In this document: positions 20,028-30,788 of the stretch, piece after piece | How positions within the stretch are numbered: the first letter of the stretch is position 1 | How the letters are laid out: each line of letters starts with the position of its first letter | Assembly: GCA_963708185.1 (NCBI GenBank) | Contig: OY970195.1 | Coordinates: 416,001-480,000, forward strand | DNA from: Candidatus Peregrinibacteria bacterium | Lineage (GTDB): Bacteria > Patescibacteriota > Gracilibacteria > UBA1369 | Reading direction: 5' to 3' | Length of the DNA: 64,000 nt | The notes under the pieces: generated by a model | Database searches by the model: none | Seen by the model: only the letters and a program-made list of their open reading frames with translations | What the model was told of the DNA's origin: nothing | Program-made: the position numbers and the translations under genes

Positions 20028-20753
20028 CTAGATTTGATAGGCCGGATCGTTCAAAACGGCTATCTTGCTCAACGGCCAAAGGATGACCCAGGCTTTGCCT
20101 TCGATACGGTCGAGTTTAAGGTAGGGTGTATTGCCGTTTTGGTTGCATCCGCCGCTGGTGATACTTTCCTTGAAGCAGCTTCGGGCATCAGAACTTGCGG
20201 TACGGTTATCGCCCATCACGAAGTAGTTACCTTCCGGTACTTCAAAAACGGTTTCGTCTTCGGTGTATGGATGAGTGTTGCCGGAATTTACCGCATTGAG
20301 ATAAGGTTCATCGAGTTTATAGCCGTCCGGATGTTCTTTGTTGAAGATGTAGACGTCGCCGTTTTGGAGTTTGACCGTTTCTCCGGGCAATCCGATGACG
20401 CGTTTGATGAAGAACTCCTCGTCGTTGGTTGGTGGGCGAAAGACAATGACGTCACCGCGTTTGGGCAGACCGACCTGCCATCCGAGGAAATTCTGATAGC
20501 CGAATTTGTTGACGATGATGTACTCACCGTAGCCGTGTTGGCAGGAATTATCGATGTTATTGAGCGTGTCGCACATGGAAGGCCCGTATACCTGGAACGG
20601 TGAGATCAAAAAAGTGCGGATCACGAAAACCATGGCCGCGATAATCACCAGATTGAGGAGAATATCGAGGGCGAAGAGAATCGATGCTTTATGCTTTTTG
20701 AAGAACTCCTTCACAATATCGCCGTTGGTCACCCTGGGTTGCTGTTCGTCCAT
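20028..20753 (-). CDS. lepB: Signal peptidase I
   Basis: V.GPSM (catalytic Ser), RGDVIVF, IKRVIGLPGE, YFVMGDNR..SSDAR. Confidence 0.96.
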   Translation of the reverse strand: MDEQQPRVTNGDIVKEFFKKHKASILFALDILLNLVIIAAMVFVIRTFLISPFQVYGPSMCDTLNNIDNSCQHGYGEYIIVNKFGYQNFLGWQVGLPKRGDVIVFRPPTNDEEFFIKRVIGLPGETVKLQNGDVYIFNKEHPDGYKLDEPYLNAVNSGNTHPYTEDETVFEVPEGNYFVMGDNRTASSDARSCFKESITSGGCNQNGNTPYLKLDRIEGKAWVILWPLSKIAVLNDPAYQI

Positions 20754-20873
20754 CGTCAGTAGTCGTAAGAGAAAACAAATTAGAAAATTTGCTCATCCAC
20801 TTTAACCCGAATGCCCTTTCTTTACAAGGAAAGTTGATTATAGTACGCTTATGGAAGCTCATGACAAGCTTTT

Positions 20874-21491
20874 ATGAAGAAGATTCCCCAGCTTTTGTTC
20901 CAACCTCATCTTGATCCGGGAGAAGAAGTGCTCGAAGTGTTCCACCGTCATCCATTCATCATTCTTCCGAGCCTTGGTCGGATCTTGTTTTTCACCTTTC
21001 TGGTGCCGCTTTTTTTGTTTTATCTTTTTCCTGAATTTTCAATATTCTTTTTTATCTGGATGGGAATCGGGTGCATACGTCTGGTCTATCTTTTTTTTAA
21101 TTGGTATCACGACGCTCTTCTCGTCACCAACGTGAGCCTACTCAAGACATACTGGAGCGGATTTTTCGACCGATCATCGTCGAGACTGGAGTACCCGATG
21201 ATTGAAGGTATCAGTTATGCCATTCAGGGATTCCGCAGGACGGTTTTCAATTACGGTCACGTTCACGTCAACAGGTCAGGCGGTTCCTCCGTTCTTGAAC
21301 TTCCGGACGCCATGAACCCCCCGAAAGTCGAAAGGGTCATTCTTTCCCATCAGGAACAGTTCGTGACCGATCAAAGCATGAAAGATTCCGAAACCCTGAA
21401 AAGTCTTTTGGTGACGATGATCCGTCAGCATAATAAAGATGCCGGCTCCCAGGATGACGGTCAAGGAAAGGCTTCCCCTTCGAAGAAATAA
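20874..21491 (+). CDS. Bacterial PH-domain membrane protein
   Basis: GEEV...HRHP, two TMs, WY.D...VTN, FNYG.V pattern. Confidence 0.75.
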   Translation: MKKIPQLLFQPHLDPGEEVLEVFHRHPFIILPSLGRILFFTFLVPLFLFYLFPEFSIFFFIWMGIGCIRLVYLFFNWYHDALLVTNVSLLKTYWSGFFDRSSSRLEYPMIEGISYAIQGFRRTVFNYGHVHVNRSGGSSVLELPDAMNPPKVERVILSHQEQFVTDQSMKDSETLKSLLVTMIRQHNKDAGSQDDGQGKASPSKK

Positions 21492-21493
21492 AA

Positions 21494-21901
21494 ATGATTT
21501 CCATGAATTTATATCTCTATTTAGCGATTTTTCTGGCGGTCGATCTGCTCTTGGTTATTTATGTCGTCTATCGTCGTTCAAAGAAGAGGTTCAGCTCTGG
21601 TGAAATACGTTTTTTTCATGCACAGTGGAAAAAGATTTCCGGGCTGAGTGATCCCAAACATGCCATTCTCGATGCCGATAAGCTTCTTCACGCCGTTTTG
21701 CAAAAAAAAGGATACAGCGGGAACGTCGGCGACCAGCTTAAAAGAGCGGGTAAACTTTTCAGCGACGTCAATGCCGTCTGGTATGCCCACAAGCTCAGAA
21801 ACCGCATCGCCCACGAGCTCGACATGAAACTCACGGAAGCGGAGAGGCACAGGGCCCTGCGTTCCTACGAAAAAGTTCTCAAAGACCTCGGCGCTTTATG
21901 A
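21494..21901 (+). CDS. Conserved hypothetical protein (N-terminal TM, HEPN-like R...H motif)
   Basis: AILDADKLL and W.AHKLRNRIAHE. Confidence 0.75.
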   Translation: MISMNLYLYLAIFLAVDLLLVIYVVYRRSKKRFSSGEIRFFHAQWKKISGLSDPKHAILDADKLLHAVLQKKGYSGNVGDQLKRAGKLFSDVNAVWYAHKLRNRIAHELDMKLTEAERHRALRSYEKVLKDLGAL

Positions 21902-22488
21902 AAAAGCATAAAAAATACGTCCTCGGAATTGGAGGATACATCGGTTCCGGGAAGTCCACTGCCGGCAAGTTTTTCCAGAAACTCGGTGCGCGTTTCATTG
22001 ATGCCGATGAAGTTGTCGACGAGCTTTATGGGGAAGGGGAGGATGGTTATCGTAAAATCCTGAGTTTTTTCGGCGAAGAGTATTTTCTGAAAGACGGAAG
22101 GTTGAACCGTAAAAAGCTCGCGAAGACCGTTTTTAACGACCCCAAGAAATTGCGGATTCTTCACGACCTGATCCATCCTCTTGTCACGAATCGAATCCAG
22201 CAGATGGTCGATCGGGAGGATGCGCGGGTTTTTGTCCTGGAAGCAACTTATTTTGAAAAAAAACATCTCAAGGCTTTGATTGACGGTTTGTTATGGATTG
22301 ACTGCCCAAAGAACGTCGCCTTTGAAAGGTTGCGAAAAATCAGACCCATCGAACGATCTCTTTTTGAGAAAATTCTGCGCATTCAGGTACAACCGTTAAA
22401 AAAGGATTTTGTCGTGGACAACAGCGGTTCAAGGCAGAAGTTCGAAGATTCACTGCTGAAGGTTTGGAAACGGATCGATAGGAGTTGA
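21898..22488 (+). CDS. coaE: Dephospho-CoA kinase
   Basis: GYIGSGKS, IDAD, LNRKKLA..VF, IHPLV. Confidence 0.93.
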   Translation: MKKHKKYVLGIGGYIGSGKSTAGKFFQKLGARFIDADEVVDELYGEGEDGYRKILSFFGEEYFLKDGRLNRKKLAKTVFNDPKKLRILHDLIHPLVTNRIQQMVDREDARVFVLEATYFEKKHLKALIDGLLWIDCPKNVAFERLRKIRPIERSLFEKILRIQVQPLKKDFVVDNSGSRQKFEDSLLKVWKRIDRS

Positions 22489-22542
22489 GTTTTCGGACTT
22501 TTTTTGGTAAAGTTGAAGAAGTTTTTTAGGCATGTCCAAGTT

Positions 22543-23979
22543 ATGAATGATCGTTTTGAATCAGTTATAGGACTGGAGATTCACGCCCAGATTTCGACGA
22601 AGACGAAAATGTTCTGTACATGCAGCAGCGATGCCTTCAATCATGAGCCGAACATCAACACGTGTCCGATCTGCATGGGTTTCCCGGGACAGCTTCCCGT
22701 CATTAACAAAGAAGCTGTCCACAAGGGCCTGAAAGCGGCAGTGGCGCTCCATTGCCAGATTCCGTCTTTTTCCAAGTTTGACCGCAAGAACTATTTTTAT
22801 CCCGACCTTCCGAAAGGATTCCAGATTTCCCAGTACGATCAACCGGTTTCATTGAACGGGTGGCTCGAAATCCAGGTGAACGGTGAGAAAAAGAAAGTCC
22901 GCATCACCCGTCTGCACCTTGAAGATGACGCGGGGAAACTGACGCACGTTGAAGGCGGTACGTTGTGCGATTATAACCGTTCGGGTATCGCTTTGATGGA
23001 GATTGTCAGTGAACCCGATATCCGGAATCCCGAAGAGGCAAGCTCTTACGCCAAAACGGTCCAGACGATTCTCCGCTATGTCGGCTCTTCGGAAGCGGAT
23101 ATGGAAAAAGGAATGATGCGTTTTGACGCCAGTGTCAGTATCCGTCCGAAAGGAGATACCAACCTCTATCCGCGCGCTGAAATCAAGAATTTGAACTCTT
23201 TCAAATCACTCGAAGCTGCCATTGCTTACGAGATAGAACGTCAGATCTTCCTGTGGGACGAGGGTAAACCCTTGAATGGGGATATCACCGTCGGATGGAG
23301 TGACGATCATCAAAAGACCTATTTTCTTCGCGATAAAGAAGGTGCCGATGATTACCGTTATTTTCCTGAACCCGACCTCCCGCCTTTGCTCGTGACACCT
23401 GATTTTATCGATAAACTCAAGAGTGAAGTGCCGGAACTGCCGGTGGAAAAATTGGAACGTTACCGGAGCGAATGGAATATTTCCGAAGCGGAGGCCGCCC
23501 TTTTAAGCTCCCAGATTGAACTGGCGAGGTATTTTGAAGAGGTTGTCGCGGCAACAGAGGATCCAAAGAAAGCCGCGACGTTTATCACTACGATCCTCAT
23601 GAGTCATCTGAACAGGGACGGTTTTTCCATCGGCGAAACCAAAATAAAAACCCCGATGATGTCCAAACTCATCACGATGGTTAATGAAGGGAAAGTTTCG
23701 ATGAATCTCGCGAAAAGCGAGGTTTTCGAGTCGATGTATATGGATGGGAAAGATCCTGAGGACGTCGTGAAGGAAAAAGGGCTTGTCCAGATGAACGATG
23801 CCGGAAAACTTGAGGAGATCTGCAAGAAAGTTATAGCTGATAATGCCAAGTCGGTTGAGGATTACAAGGCGGGGAAACAGGCGGCTTTGCAGTTCCTGGT
23901 CGGGAAAGTCATGAAAGAGACGAGGGGACAGGCCAATGCCGTGATGGTGCTGGATCTCTTGAAAAAGCTCGCTGGATAG
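22543..23979 (+). CDS. gatB: Asp/Glu-tRNA amidotransferase subunit B
   Basis: IGLEIHAQ, FDRKNYFYPDLPKGFQISQ, EIVSEPD, DYRYFPEPDLPP. Confidence 0.98.
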   Translation: MNDRFESVIGLEIHAQISTKTKMFCTCSSDAFNHEPNINTCPICMGFPGQLPVINKEAVHKGLKAAVALHCQIPSFSKFDRKNYFYPDLPKGFQISQYDQPVSLNGWLEIQVNGEKKKVRITRLHLEDDAGKLTHVEGGTLCDYNRSGIALMEIVSEPDIRNPEEASSYAKTVQTILRYVGSSEADMEKGMMRFDASVSIRPKGDTNLYPRAEIKNLNSFKSLEAAIAYEIERQIFLWDEGKPLNGDITVGWSDDHQKTYFLRDKEGADDYRYFPEPDLPPLLVTPDFIDKLKSEVPELPVEKLERYRSEWNISEAEAALLSSQIELARYFEEVVAATEDPKKAATFITTILMSHLNRDGFSIGETKIKTPMMSKLITMVNEGKVSMNLAKSEVFESMYMDGKDPEDVVKEKGLVQMNDAGKLEEICKKVIADNAKSVEDYKAGKQAALQFLVGKVMKETRGQANAVMVLDLLKKLAG

Positions 23980-24025
23980 ACTGCATAACTTGTCAAAAAT
24001 TATTATTTATTAATCAAACAAAATT

Positions 24026-24349
24026 ATGGATCCATTGTCATTTCTTTACATAGCCCTCGGCGTTGGTTTTCTCCTCGTTGCGATTTTTCTTTGCGCCACG
24101 CTTATCTACATTATTCAGATTTTACGCGACGTCACCAAGATAACCGATAACATCAGTGAGACGACCGAACGCGTCAACGATTATCTTGTTCAGCCTTTTG
24201 CTTTTTTGAGTAGTGCCAGCGAATACATTAAGCCCATTTTGGAGACTTTAAAGAATAAACGCGGGGAGCTCAACGATCTTGTGAATGAGAAAGTTCATAA
24301 AGCGGCAAAAAAAGTACGGAAAAAGATGAAGGAAATGGATGAGGAGTGA
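24026..24349 (+). CDS. Small membrane-anchored coiled-coil protein (DUF948-like)
   Basis: N-terminal TM followed by a heptad-like helix. Confidence 0.7.
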   Translation: MDPLSFLYIALGVGFLLVAIFLCATLIYIIQILRDVTKITDNISETTERVNDYLVQPFAFLSSASEYIKPILETLKNKRGELNDLVNEKVHKAAKKVRKKMKEMDEE

Positions 24350-24474
24350 TCTTTTTTTATGATGAAAACGGCAGCCTCTTCACGTTTTTGTGGATAGGCT
24401 GTTTTTTGAACGTGCCTCTTGCCTTTTTTAGAAATTGTGGTTATACTCCTACCTCATCATTTTTTCTTCGCGTT

Positions 24475-26055
24475 ATGGCAACTCAATCACGTTCCCGTCT
24501 TATCCGTAGAATTGTCTACGTTTTGGTAGGCATCGTTATCGTCGGATTTATCGTCAGCCGTTTTCTTGCGGCACCAAAAGGCCCTGAATATATTACGGCC
24601 AAGGCTGAAATGGGCGATGTCCAGCAAACGGTGGCTCTGACCGGCACAACCGAGCCGAAGACTCGTTACCAGCTTCAGTTTGCAAAAAGCGGTACCGTGG
24701 GACAAATACTTGTCCAGGTGGGGAGCGTGGTGAAGCAGGGTGATGTCCTTGCTGTTTTGAAAAATGATGATGCCCGGTATCAACTGGATTCACAGAAGGC
24801 GGTTTTACATATAGCCCAAGCGAATCTTGCCAAGGCTGTTGCCGGAAAACCTTCACAGGAAGTGAATGTGAGCAAACTGCAGATCGATTTGGCCCAAGCA
24901 GGTGTCGACGGCGCGAACGCTTCAAGGAATGATTTCAATACTTTGTCCGAAAAAACCTTGAACAGTGCATACATTGCGGAACACACCGCAAAAACGTCGC
25001 TTGATCAGGCTCAGGATACTTACAATTATACCTTTCAGAGCATTCAGGATACTACATGGGATCACCCTTCCAATCCTGTGTATGACAGCGGATACTATTT
25101 TGGTGATCTTCGCGGTTCATTACCGCAGACAGATACGTCGGCCATGGATCCGGGCGCTTCGGCTTCCGCGTCAACAAGCTCATACGGATCTTCCTCCTAC
25201 AGTCCGACCGGCAGCTATTTAGGGAACGTCAACAGCCTTCAGAACGCTGAGTTTGCCGTACAAAAGGCCCAGGAAGCCTATGATCAGGCCAAGGAAGCGT
25301 ACGATAAAGCCGTAGCTGACCTCAAAAACCAGACGGATCAGCTCGACAGCACCGTGACGAAAGCCAATATTTCCCTTCAGAACGCAAAAGAGCAGTATAA
25401 TCTGACAGTAGCCGCACCGAGAGACGTTGACATCGCTCCGTTGAAAGCCCAGGTCGACCAGGCCTGGACCGGCGTGAACCTTGCTCAATACCAACTTGAT
25501 CAGACCGAGTTGAAGTCACCGACCGACGGAATCGTTACCGATATCGCTTCCGATGTCGGTGAAACAGCCGGACTCTCACAGCCTTTCATCACCGTCGACT
25601 CCAAGTACCTTTACATTAAAGCGCTTGTTTCCGAAGCCGACATCGCCAAGATCAAGGTCGGTCAGGACGTTGATCTTACTTTCGACGCCTTTGGTTCAGA
25701 TCAAGCATTCAAAGGAAACGTCTATGAGGTGGATCCTTCCGAGACGATCGTCCAGGGCGTGGTGTATTATGTCGTCAAAGTCCAGTTCGATGCCAATAAT
25801 CAAGCAGTCAAACCCGGCATGACCGCAAATCTGACGATTCACTCGCAATCAAAATCCAATATCTTGGAAGTTCCGGCCCGTGCCATCCAGTATGACGGAA
25901 ACCAGGCCTACGTCCAGGTTCTCAAAACCACGGACAACAAGCAGGAGGTCGAACAACGTGACATCCAGGTCGGTCTCCAGGGAGATGAAAACGTGGAAGT
26001 CGTTTCCGGCCTTGAGAACGGTGAGGACGTCGTCACCTTTACTAAAACAACCTAA
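24475..26055 (+). CDS. Efflux periplasmic adaptor (MacA/YknX-like)
   Basis: TM anchor, lipoyl halves [21 protein letters not shown] and [22 protein letters not shown]. Confidence 0.92.
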   Translation: MATQSRSRLIRRIVYVLVGIVIVGFIVSRFLAAPKGPEYITAKAEMGDVQQTVALTGTTEPKTRYQLQFAKSGTVGQILVQVGSVVKQGDVLAVLKNDDARYQLDSQKAVLHIAQANLAKAVAGKPSQEVNVSKLQIDLAQAGVDGANASRNDFNTLSEKTLNSAYIAEHTAKTSLDQAQDTYNYTFQSIQDTTWDHPSNPVYDSGYYFGDLRGSLPQTDTSAMDPGASASASTSSYGSSSYSPTGSYLGNVNSLQNAEFAVQKAQEAYDQAKEAYDKAVADLKNQTDQLDSTVTKANISLQNAKEQYNLTVAAPRDVDIAPLKAQVDQAWTGVNLAQYQLDQTELKSPTDGIVTDIASDVGETAGLSQPFITVDSKYLYIKALVSEADIAKIKVGQDVDLTFDAFGSDQAFKGNVYEVDPSETIVQGVVYYVVKVQFDANNQAVKPGMTANLTIHSQSKSNILEVPARAIQYDGNQAYVQVLKTTDNKQEVEQRDIQVGLQGDENVEVVSGLENGEDVVTFTKTT

Positions 26056-26057
26056 TC

Positions 26058-26768
26058 ATGAACTCACTCATCTCTCTCCACGACATCACCAAAGAATACG
26101 TCATGGGGGAGGGGGAGCGCAGTGTGACGACCCGTGCACTTCGCGGCGTCTCCCTCTCCATTCAGGAAGGTGAATTTGTCGCGATCATCGGGCACTCAGG
26201 ATCGGGAAAATCCACGCTCATGCATATTCTCGGTTTTCTGGATTCTCCCTCGGGAGGCAAGTACGTCTTCGACGGACGCGAAACCTCCAAATATGATGAG
26301 GACGAACTTGCCGATATTCGCAGCCAGAAAGTCGGATTTGTTTTCCAGGCGTTCAATCTGCTTCCGAGGACTTCGGCTGTCGATAATGTCAGACTTCCCC
26401 TTATTTATCAGGGCGTTTCGATGAAGGAACAGAAGGAACGTGCCGAGGAAGCGCTTGTTCGCGTCGGCCTCAGTGACCGTCTCACCCATAAACCCAATGA
26501 ACTTTCAGGAGGTCAACAGCAGCGCGTCGCAATCGCTCGAGCTTTGATTACCAATCCTCGCCTTATTCTTGCCGATGAGCCGACCGGAAATCTCGACACC
26601 AAATCTTCCGAAGAGATCGTTGCGCTGTTCAAGAAGTTGAATGCTGAAGGACGAACGATAATTCTGGTTACCCATGAAATGGACGTCGCTCAGATAGCCA
26701 AAAGAATCGTCACCATCCGTGACGGCAATGTTATTGCCGATGAACAAAACCATTTATGGAAATCCTAA
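26058..26768 (+). CDS. ABC transporter ATP-binding protein (MacB/LolD type)
   Basis: [34 protein letters not shown]. Confidence 0.96.
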   Translation: MNSLISLHDITKEYVMGEGERSVTTRALRGVSLSIQEGEFVAIIGHSGSGKSTLMHILGFLDSPSGGKYVFDGRETSKYDEDELADIRSQKVGFVFQAFNLLPRTSAVDNVRLPLIYQGVSMKEQKERAEEALVRVGLSDRLTHKPNELSGGQQQRVAIARALITNPRLILADEPTGNLDTKSSEEIVALFKKLNAEGRTIILVTHEMDVAQIAKRIVTIRDGNVIADEQNHLWKS

Positions 26769-28000
26769 ATATCATCAAACTCGCGTGGAATGGGCTTATC
26801 ACCAATAAAAGCCGTTCGTTCCTGACGATGTTGGGGATTATCATCGGCGTGGCTTCGGTGATTATTATTATTTCTGCCGGCGCCGGAGCGCAAAGTTTGA
26901 TTACGAATCAGGTCAGCAGTCTTGGATCGAATCTGATCGGTGTGCTGCCGGGGCAGGGAGGGACCAACGGCCCTCCGGCTTCCGTATACGGTGTCGTCAT
27001 CACGACACTGAAATATGAAGACGCCGTCGCGATGATCAAAGGTCCGAATGCCATTTCGCACCTCGAAGCCGTTACGGCGTATGCTCGCGGGCAGGAGAAC
27101 GTTTCTTACACAAATAAAACCGTCAATGTTCCTTTGAACGGGGTGATGGCGATGTATCCGCAAGTTATCGATGAGACCATCGAAGAAGGCAGATTTTTCA
27201 ATGAAGAAGAAGAGAAGAATCTGGCCAAAGTCGTCGTGCTCGGTTATCAGGTAAAACAGGATCTTTTCGGCAGTCTTGATCCGATCGGCAAAACGGTGAA
27301 GGTCGGGAACGAGAAACTTCAGGTCATCGGATATTTTTCCGAAAAAGGTACCGTCGCTTTCCAGAATCTTGACGATCAGATTTACCTTCCCATCAGCACC
27401 GCCCAGAAAATCATCATCGGTGTCAATTATGTCGGCGTTATCCGCGCGAAAGCCGATTCCGACAAGTACGTTGATCAGGTCATGGAGGATATGCGCCGGA
27501 CCCTGCGTCTTCGACATCATATCACCGACCCTGCGAACGACGATTTTTCGGTTTTGAGTTCGAACGCTGCTTTGTCCGCCATCAAAGGAGTGACCGATGC
27601 CATAACGATGGTTCTTGCAGCGGTGGCTGCGATTTCTCTCCTCGTCGGAGGAGTCGGAATTATGAATATCATGCTTGTCGTGGTGGCGGAAAGGACCCGC
27701 GAGATCGGCCTTCGTAAAGCAATCGGTGCCAAGCCCTCCAATGTCCGTAATCAGTTTTTGGTGGAGTCGGTCTTTGTGACGCTCTGTGGAGGAATCATCG
27801 GGATTCTTCTGGGGATGCTCGTGACGACGATCGTGGCTTTGATTATTCAGGCACTTGGCTACAACTGGGATCTGAGTTTCTCCATGAATGCCATGATCGT
27901 GGGAGTCGGTGTCTCCAGTGCGATCGGAATTATTTTCGGTTACTACCCCGCCAGAAAAGCATCCAAATTACCCGCCATTGAAGCGCTTCGCTATGAATAA
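26756..28000 (+). CDS. MacB-family ABC permease
   Basis: [43 protein letters not shown]. Confidence 0.95.
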   Translation: MEILNIIKLAWNGLITNKSRSFLTMLGIIIGVASVIIIISAGAGAQSLITNQVSSLGSNLIGVLPGQGGTNGPPASVYGVVITTLKYEDAVAMIKGPNAISHLEAVTAYARGQENVSYTNKTVNVPLNGVMAMYPQVIDETIEEGRFFNEEEEKNLAKVVVLGYQVKQDLFGSLDPIGKTVKVGNEKLQVIGYFSEKGTVAFQNLDDQIYLPISTAQKIIIGVNYVGVIRAKADSDKYVDQVMEDMRRTLRLRHHITDPANDDFSVLSSNAALSAIKGVTDAITMVLAAVAAISLLVGGVGIMNIMLVVVAERTREIGLRKAIGAKPSNVRNQFLVESVFVTLCGGIIGILLGMLVTTIVALIIQALGYNWDLSFSMNAMIVGVGVSSAIGIIFGYYPARKASKLPAIEALRYE

Positions 28001-29252
28001 ATTCCTCAACATTCAGGATCTGCTCGGACTCGCTTTTGAAGCCCTCAAGAAAAACCGTATCAGAACGGTGCTTTCAGTCGTCGGCATCGTCATCGGTATT
28101 TCAACGCTTGTTTTGGTTCTCGGTATTTCCAACGCGGCGGAAGGTTTTATCCGCGATCAACTGGCTTCGTTCGGAACCGACACAATTTTTGTTGAAATTC
28201 AGGTTCCGAATGCGGGAACTGGGGCTTCGGCTTCGGCCATAGCCAGCGGAGTCCAGGTGAAGTCCTTGAAGATGAACGACGTTATTGCCGCCAGGAAGCT
28301 CCCTAACGTTAAAGATTCCTACGGCGTCGCGATCGGTCAGGACAAGATTTCTTATCGCAGTAATTCCAAAACAACTCTTATTTACGGAACCAACGCCGAC
28401 TATATCAACATCGACAGCAGTAAGATCGACACGGGACGTTTTATCACCCAGGCCGATGAAGACAGCCTTGCCCGTGTTGCCGTTATCGGCAGTAATGTCA
28501 AAGACGACCTGTTTGGAACGGAAGAACCTCTTGGGAAAATGATCAGGATCAACGGGACCAACTTTAAAGTCGTCGGAGTGATGCAAAAACGAGGTGCGGC
28601 TTTTTTCCAGAACAACGACGATTACGTTTATCTTCCTTTGAAAACCCAGCAGAAACTTTTACTTGGTTACGATTACCTTCCTTATTTCGTTATCCAGGTC
28701 AAAGATCCTGCGTATATGGCCCTGACCGTGGATGATGTGACGCGCTTTTTGAGGCAGAGGCACCACATCCAGAGCAGCGACCCTAAAAAGGATGATTTCA
28801 GGATCGAAGATTCTCAGTCTTCGCTCGATACTATTAACGTGGTGTTTGACGCCGTGTCCTTGCTTTTTGGAGCGATCGCCTCTATTTCTTTGGTGGTCGG
28901 AGGCGTGGGCATCATGAACATCATGTACGTCAGCGTGACGGAACGTATTCGTGAAATCGGTTTGCGCAAAGCGGTGGGGGCAAGAAGACGCGACATTCTT
29001 TTGCAGTTCCTGCTTGAAGCTTTGGCCATTACTTTACTTGGAGGCATTTTAGGTATTTTGAGCGGTTTGTTTTTGACGGCGGTGGTCAGTTTTGGCGCCA
29101 AACTGGCGGGCATCCATTTGGACATGAGCCTCTCGCCCGGCGGTTTCATCATCGGATTGATCGTGACGGTGGCCTTCGGCGTGGTTTTCGGATTCGGACC
29201 GGCTAGAAAAGCCGCGGGATTGCAGCCGATCGAAGCTCTGCGTTCCGATTAG
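27993..29252 (+). CDS. MacB-family ABC permease (second paralog)
   Basis: [34 protein letters not shown]. Confidence 0.95.
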   Translation: MNKFLNIQDLLGLAFEALKKNRIRTVLSVVGIVIGISTLVLVLGISNAAEGFIRDQLASFGTDTIFVEIQVPNAGTGASASAIASGVQVKSLKMNDVIAARKLPNVKDSYGVAIGQDKISYRSNSKTTLIYGTNADYINIDSSKIDTGRFITQADEDSLARVAVIGSNVKDDLFGTEEPLGKMIRINGTNFKVVGVMQKRGAAFFQNNDDYVYLPLKTQQKLLLGYDYLPYFVIQVKDPAYMALTVDDVTRFLRQRHHIQSSDPKKDDFRIEDSQSSLDTINVVFDAVSLLFGAIASISLVVGGVGIMNIMYVSVTERIREIGLRKAVGARRRDILLQFLLEALAITLLGGILGILSGLFLTAVVSFGAKLAGIHLDMSLSPGGFIIGLIVTVAFGVVFGFGPARKAAGLQPIEALRSD

Positions 29253-29993
29253 TTCTTTCTGAAAAGCGAAACCAGGAACAGGACCGGAAATTTGACCGTC
29301 GCGTTATAGATCCTTTTGATGCGACTGGGCTGTTTGATCAGCCTGAAAAGCCATTCGAGGCCGACCTTTCGCATCCACCCCGGCGCTCTTTTGACATTTC
29401 CGGAAATGAAATCGAAGGCTCCTCCCACACCCATGGCGATTTTGACGTGATGCAGATGCCTGAGGTTTCTGGCGATCCACGCTTCCTGTTTCGGAAGCTC
29501 CGTAGGCGACGAAAAGAACCTGGGCTTCGCTCTTGTTGATGAGGCTCCGGATATGTTCTTCTTCTTCCGGGGCGGGGGATCCGCCGTACGAGCCGGTGAC
29601 GGTGAGATATGGATACTGTCTTTCAAGTTCTCGGGCCGTTTTTTCAGCGATACCGGGTGAAGCTCCCAACAGGAAAATTTTTGTTTTTTCAGGGGCAAAC
29701 CTGCAGATTGACTGCATGAGGTCCGTTCCGGTGATGCGTCCTCCCAACGGCTTTCCGGTGAGATACGAAGCCAGAACAATACCGAAACCGTCGGGTATGT
29801 TGAGGTCGGTTTCGTTCAAGAGTTTTTTGAACGTATGGTTTTTTCTGGCCTCAAGGAGCATTTCGGGGTTCGGCGTGGCGATGAAAAAATGTTTTTCATT
29901 TGATACGAGTTTCTCCAGGACCAAGGCAAGGACCTGACTTTCCTGCAAGCTCGTGAAGGGAACTCCCATAATGTTTATGTGCTGATGTTTCAT
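29249..29993 (-). CDS. WecG/TagA/CpsF glycosyltransferase (frameshift near 29495)
   Basis: TPNPE, DGFG, RITGTDL, VAYGA | PKQEAWI, GVGGAFDF, RAP, GLEWLFRL spread over two frames; one extra T. Confidence 0.9.
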
Positions 29994-30700
29994 GGACGGG
30001 CAATAACGATGTAGTCGTAGGCTTTGGTCGTCGGGTCGGTCTTGGAAATTTCAATGATATTCCATTTGCTTCCGATGAAAAGTTTGTGAAGTTCTTTCAG
30101 TGTAAAGGCGTGATAATACCTTGGTTTTTTCGTCTTTCCCCATGGAATGAACGTGTCGTTTGGAGCGTACTTCCCGAAACTCACTATACTCCTGCCCAAA
30201 GCTTTCATCAGCTGCCAGAAATATTTTTTTTGCCAGAGATCCCACACCGTCAGTATCAAAATACCCTGAGGTTTGAGTACCCGTTTGATTTCCTTGAGCG
30301 ATTTTTGACGCAAGTTCCTGGTTGGGAGATGATGGAACGCCCTGATGCAGAAAATGATATCTGCGCTTTTGTCTTTGAGGGGGATTTTGGTCATGTCGCC
30401 TCTTTGGAAGGTTTTGCCGGGATATTTTTTCCTGGCTTCTGAAAGGAGATTGGAGCTCGTATCCAGACCGACATAGTGAAAGGTTTTTTGATGCCAGTTT
30501 GACGCTTCCTTTTCAATGAACTGAAGAAGCCTGCCGTTTCCGCAGCCGAGATCGATGATTGTCTGTCCGGGCCGGAGGTAGTCCTTGTATGCTTCGAACT
30601 CTTTTCCCGCGAAGGCCCTGCTCTCGGAAAATTCCTTGCTGATTTCGTCGTAGGTCGCGGTGACTCCGTTCATGATTTTTTTTGCTGATTTTTCGTCCAT
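29990..30700 (-). CDS. Class I SAM methyltransferase, Trm9/ALKBH8-like
   Basis: YD.I...FS.SR, DLGCGNGR, AFHHLP...R, RVLKP.G...TVW, RYYH.F...EL. Confidence 0.85.
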   Translation of the reverse strand: MDEKSAKKIMNGVTATYDEISKEFSESRAFAGKEFEAYKDYLRPGQTIIDLGCGNGRLLQFIEKEASNWHQKTFHYVGLDTSSNLLSEARKKYPGKTFQRGDMTKIPLKDKSADIIFCIRAFHHLPTRNLRQKSLKEIKRVLKPQGILILTVWDLWQKKYFWQLMKALGRSIVSFGKYAPNDTFIPWGKTKKPRYYHAFTLKELHKLFIGSKWNIIEISKTDPTTKAYDYIVIARP

Positions 30701-30788
30701 AAGAAGGTATTTTCAAGGCTTTCCTCCTTGTAAAATATCAATATTCGTTGTAATCTGCAACTCCCGGAGGGGGTACTTTTTTCTCACT

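Noticed and set aside
18297-20079. Long ORFs 18297-19391 (-), 18892-20079 (-) and 19519-19941 (+)
   Set aside because: Shadow frames of GC-rich sequence: Arg/Pro-rich, no RBS, overlapping better-supported genes.
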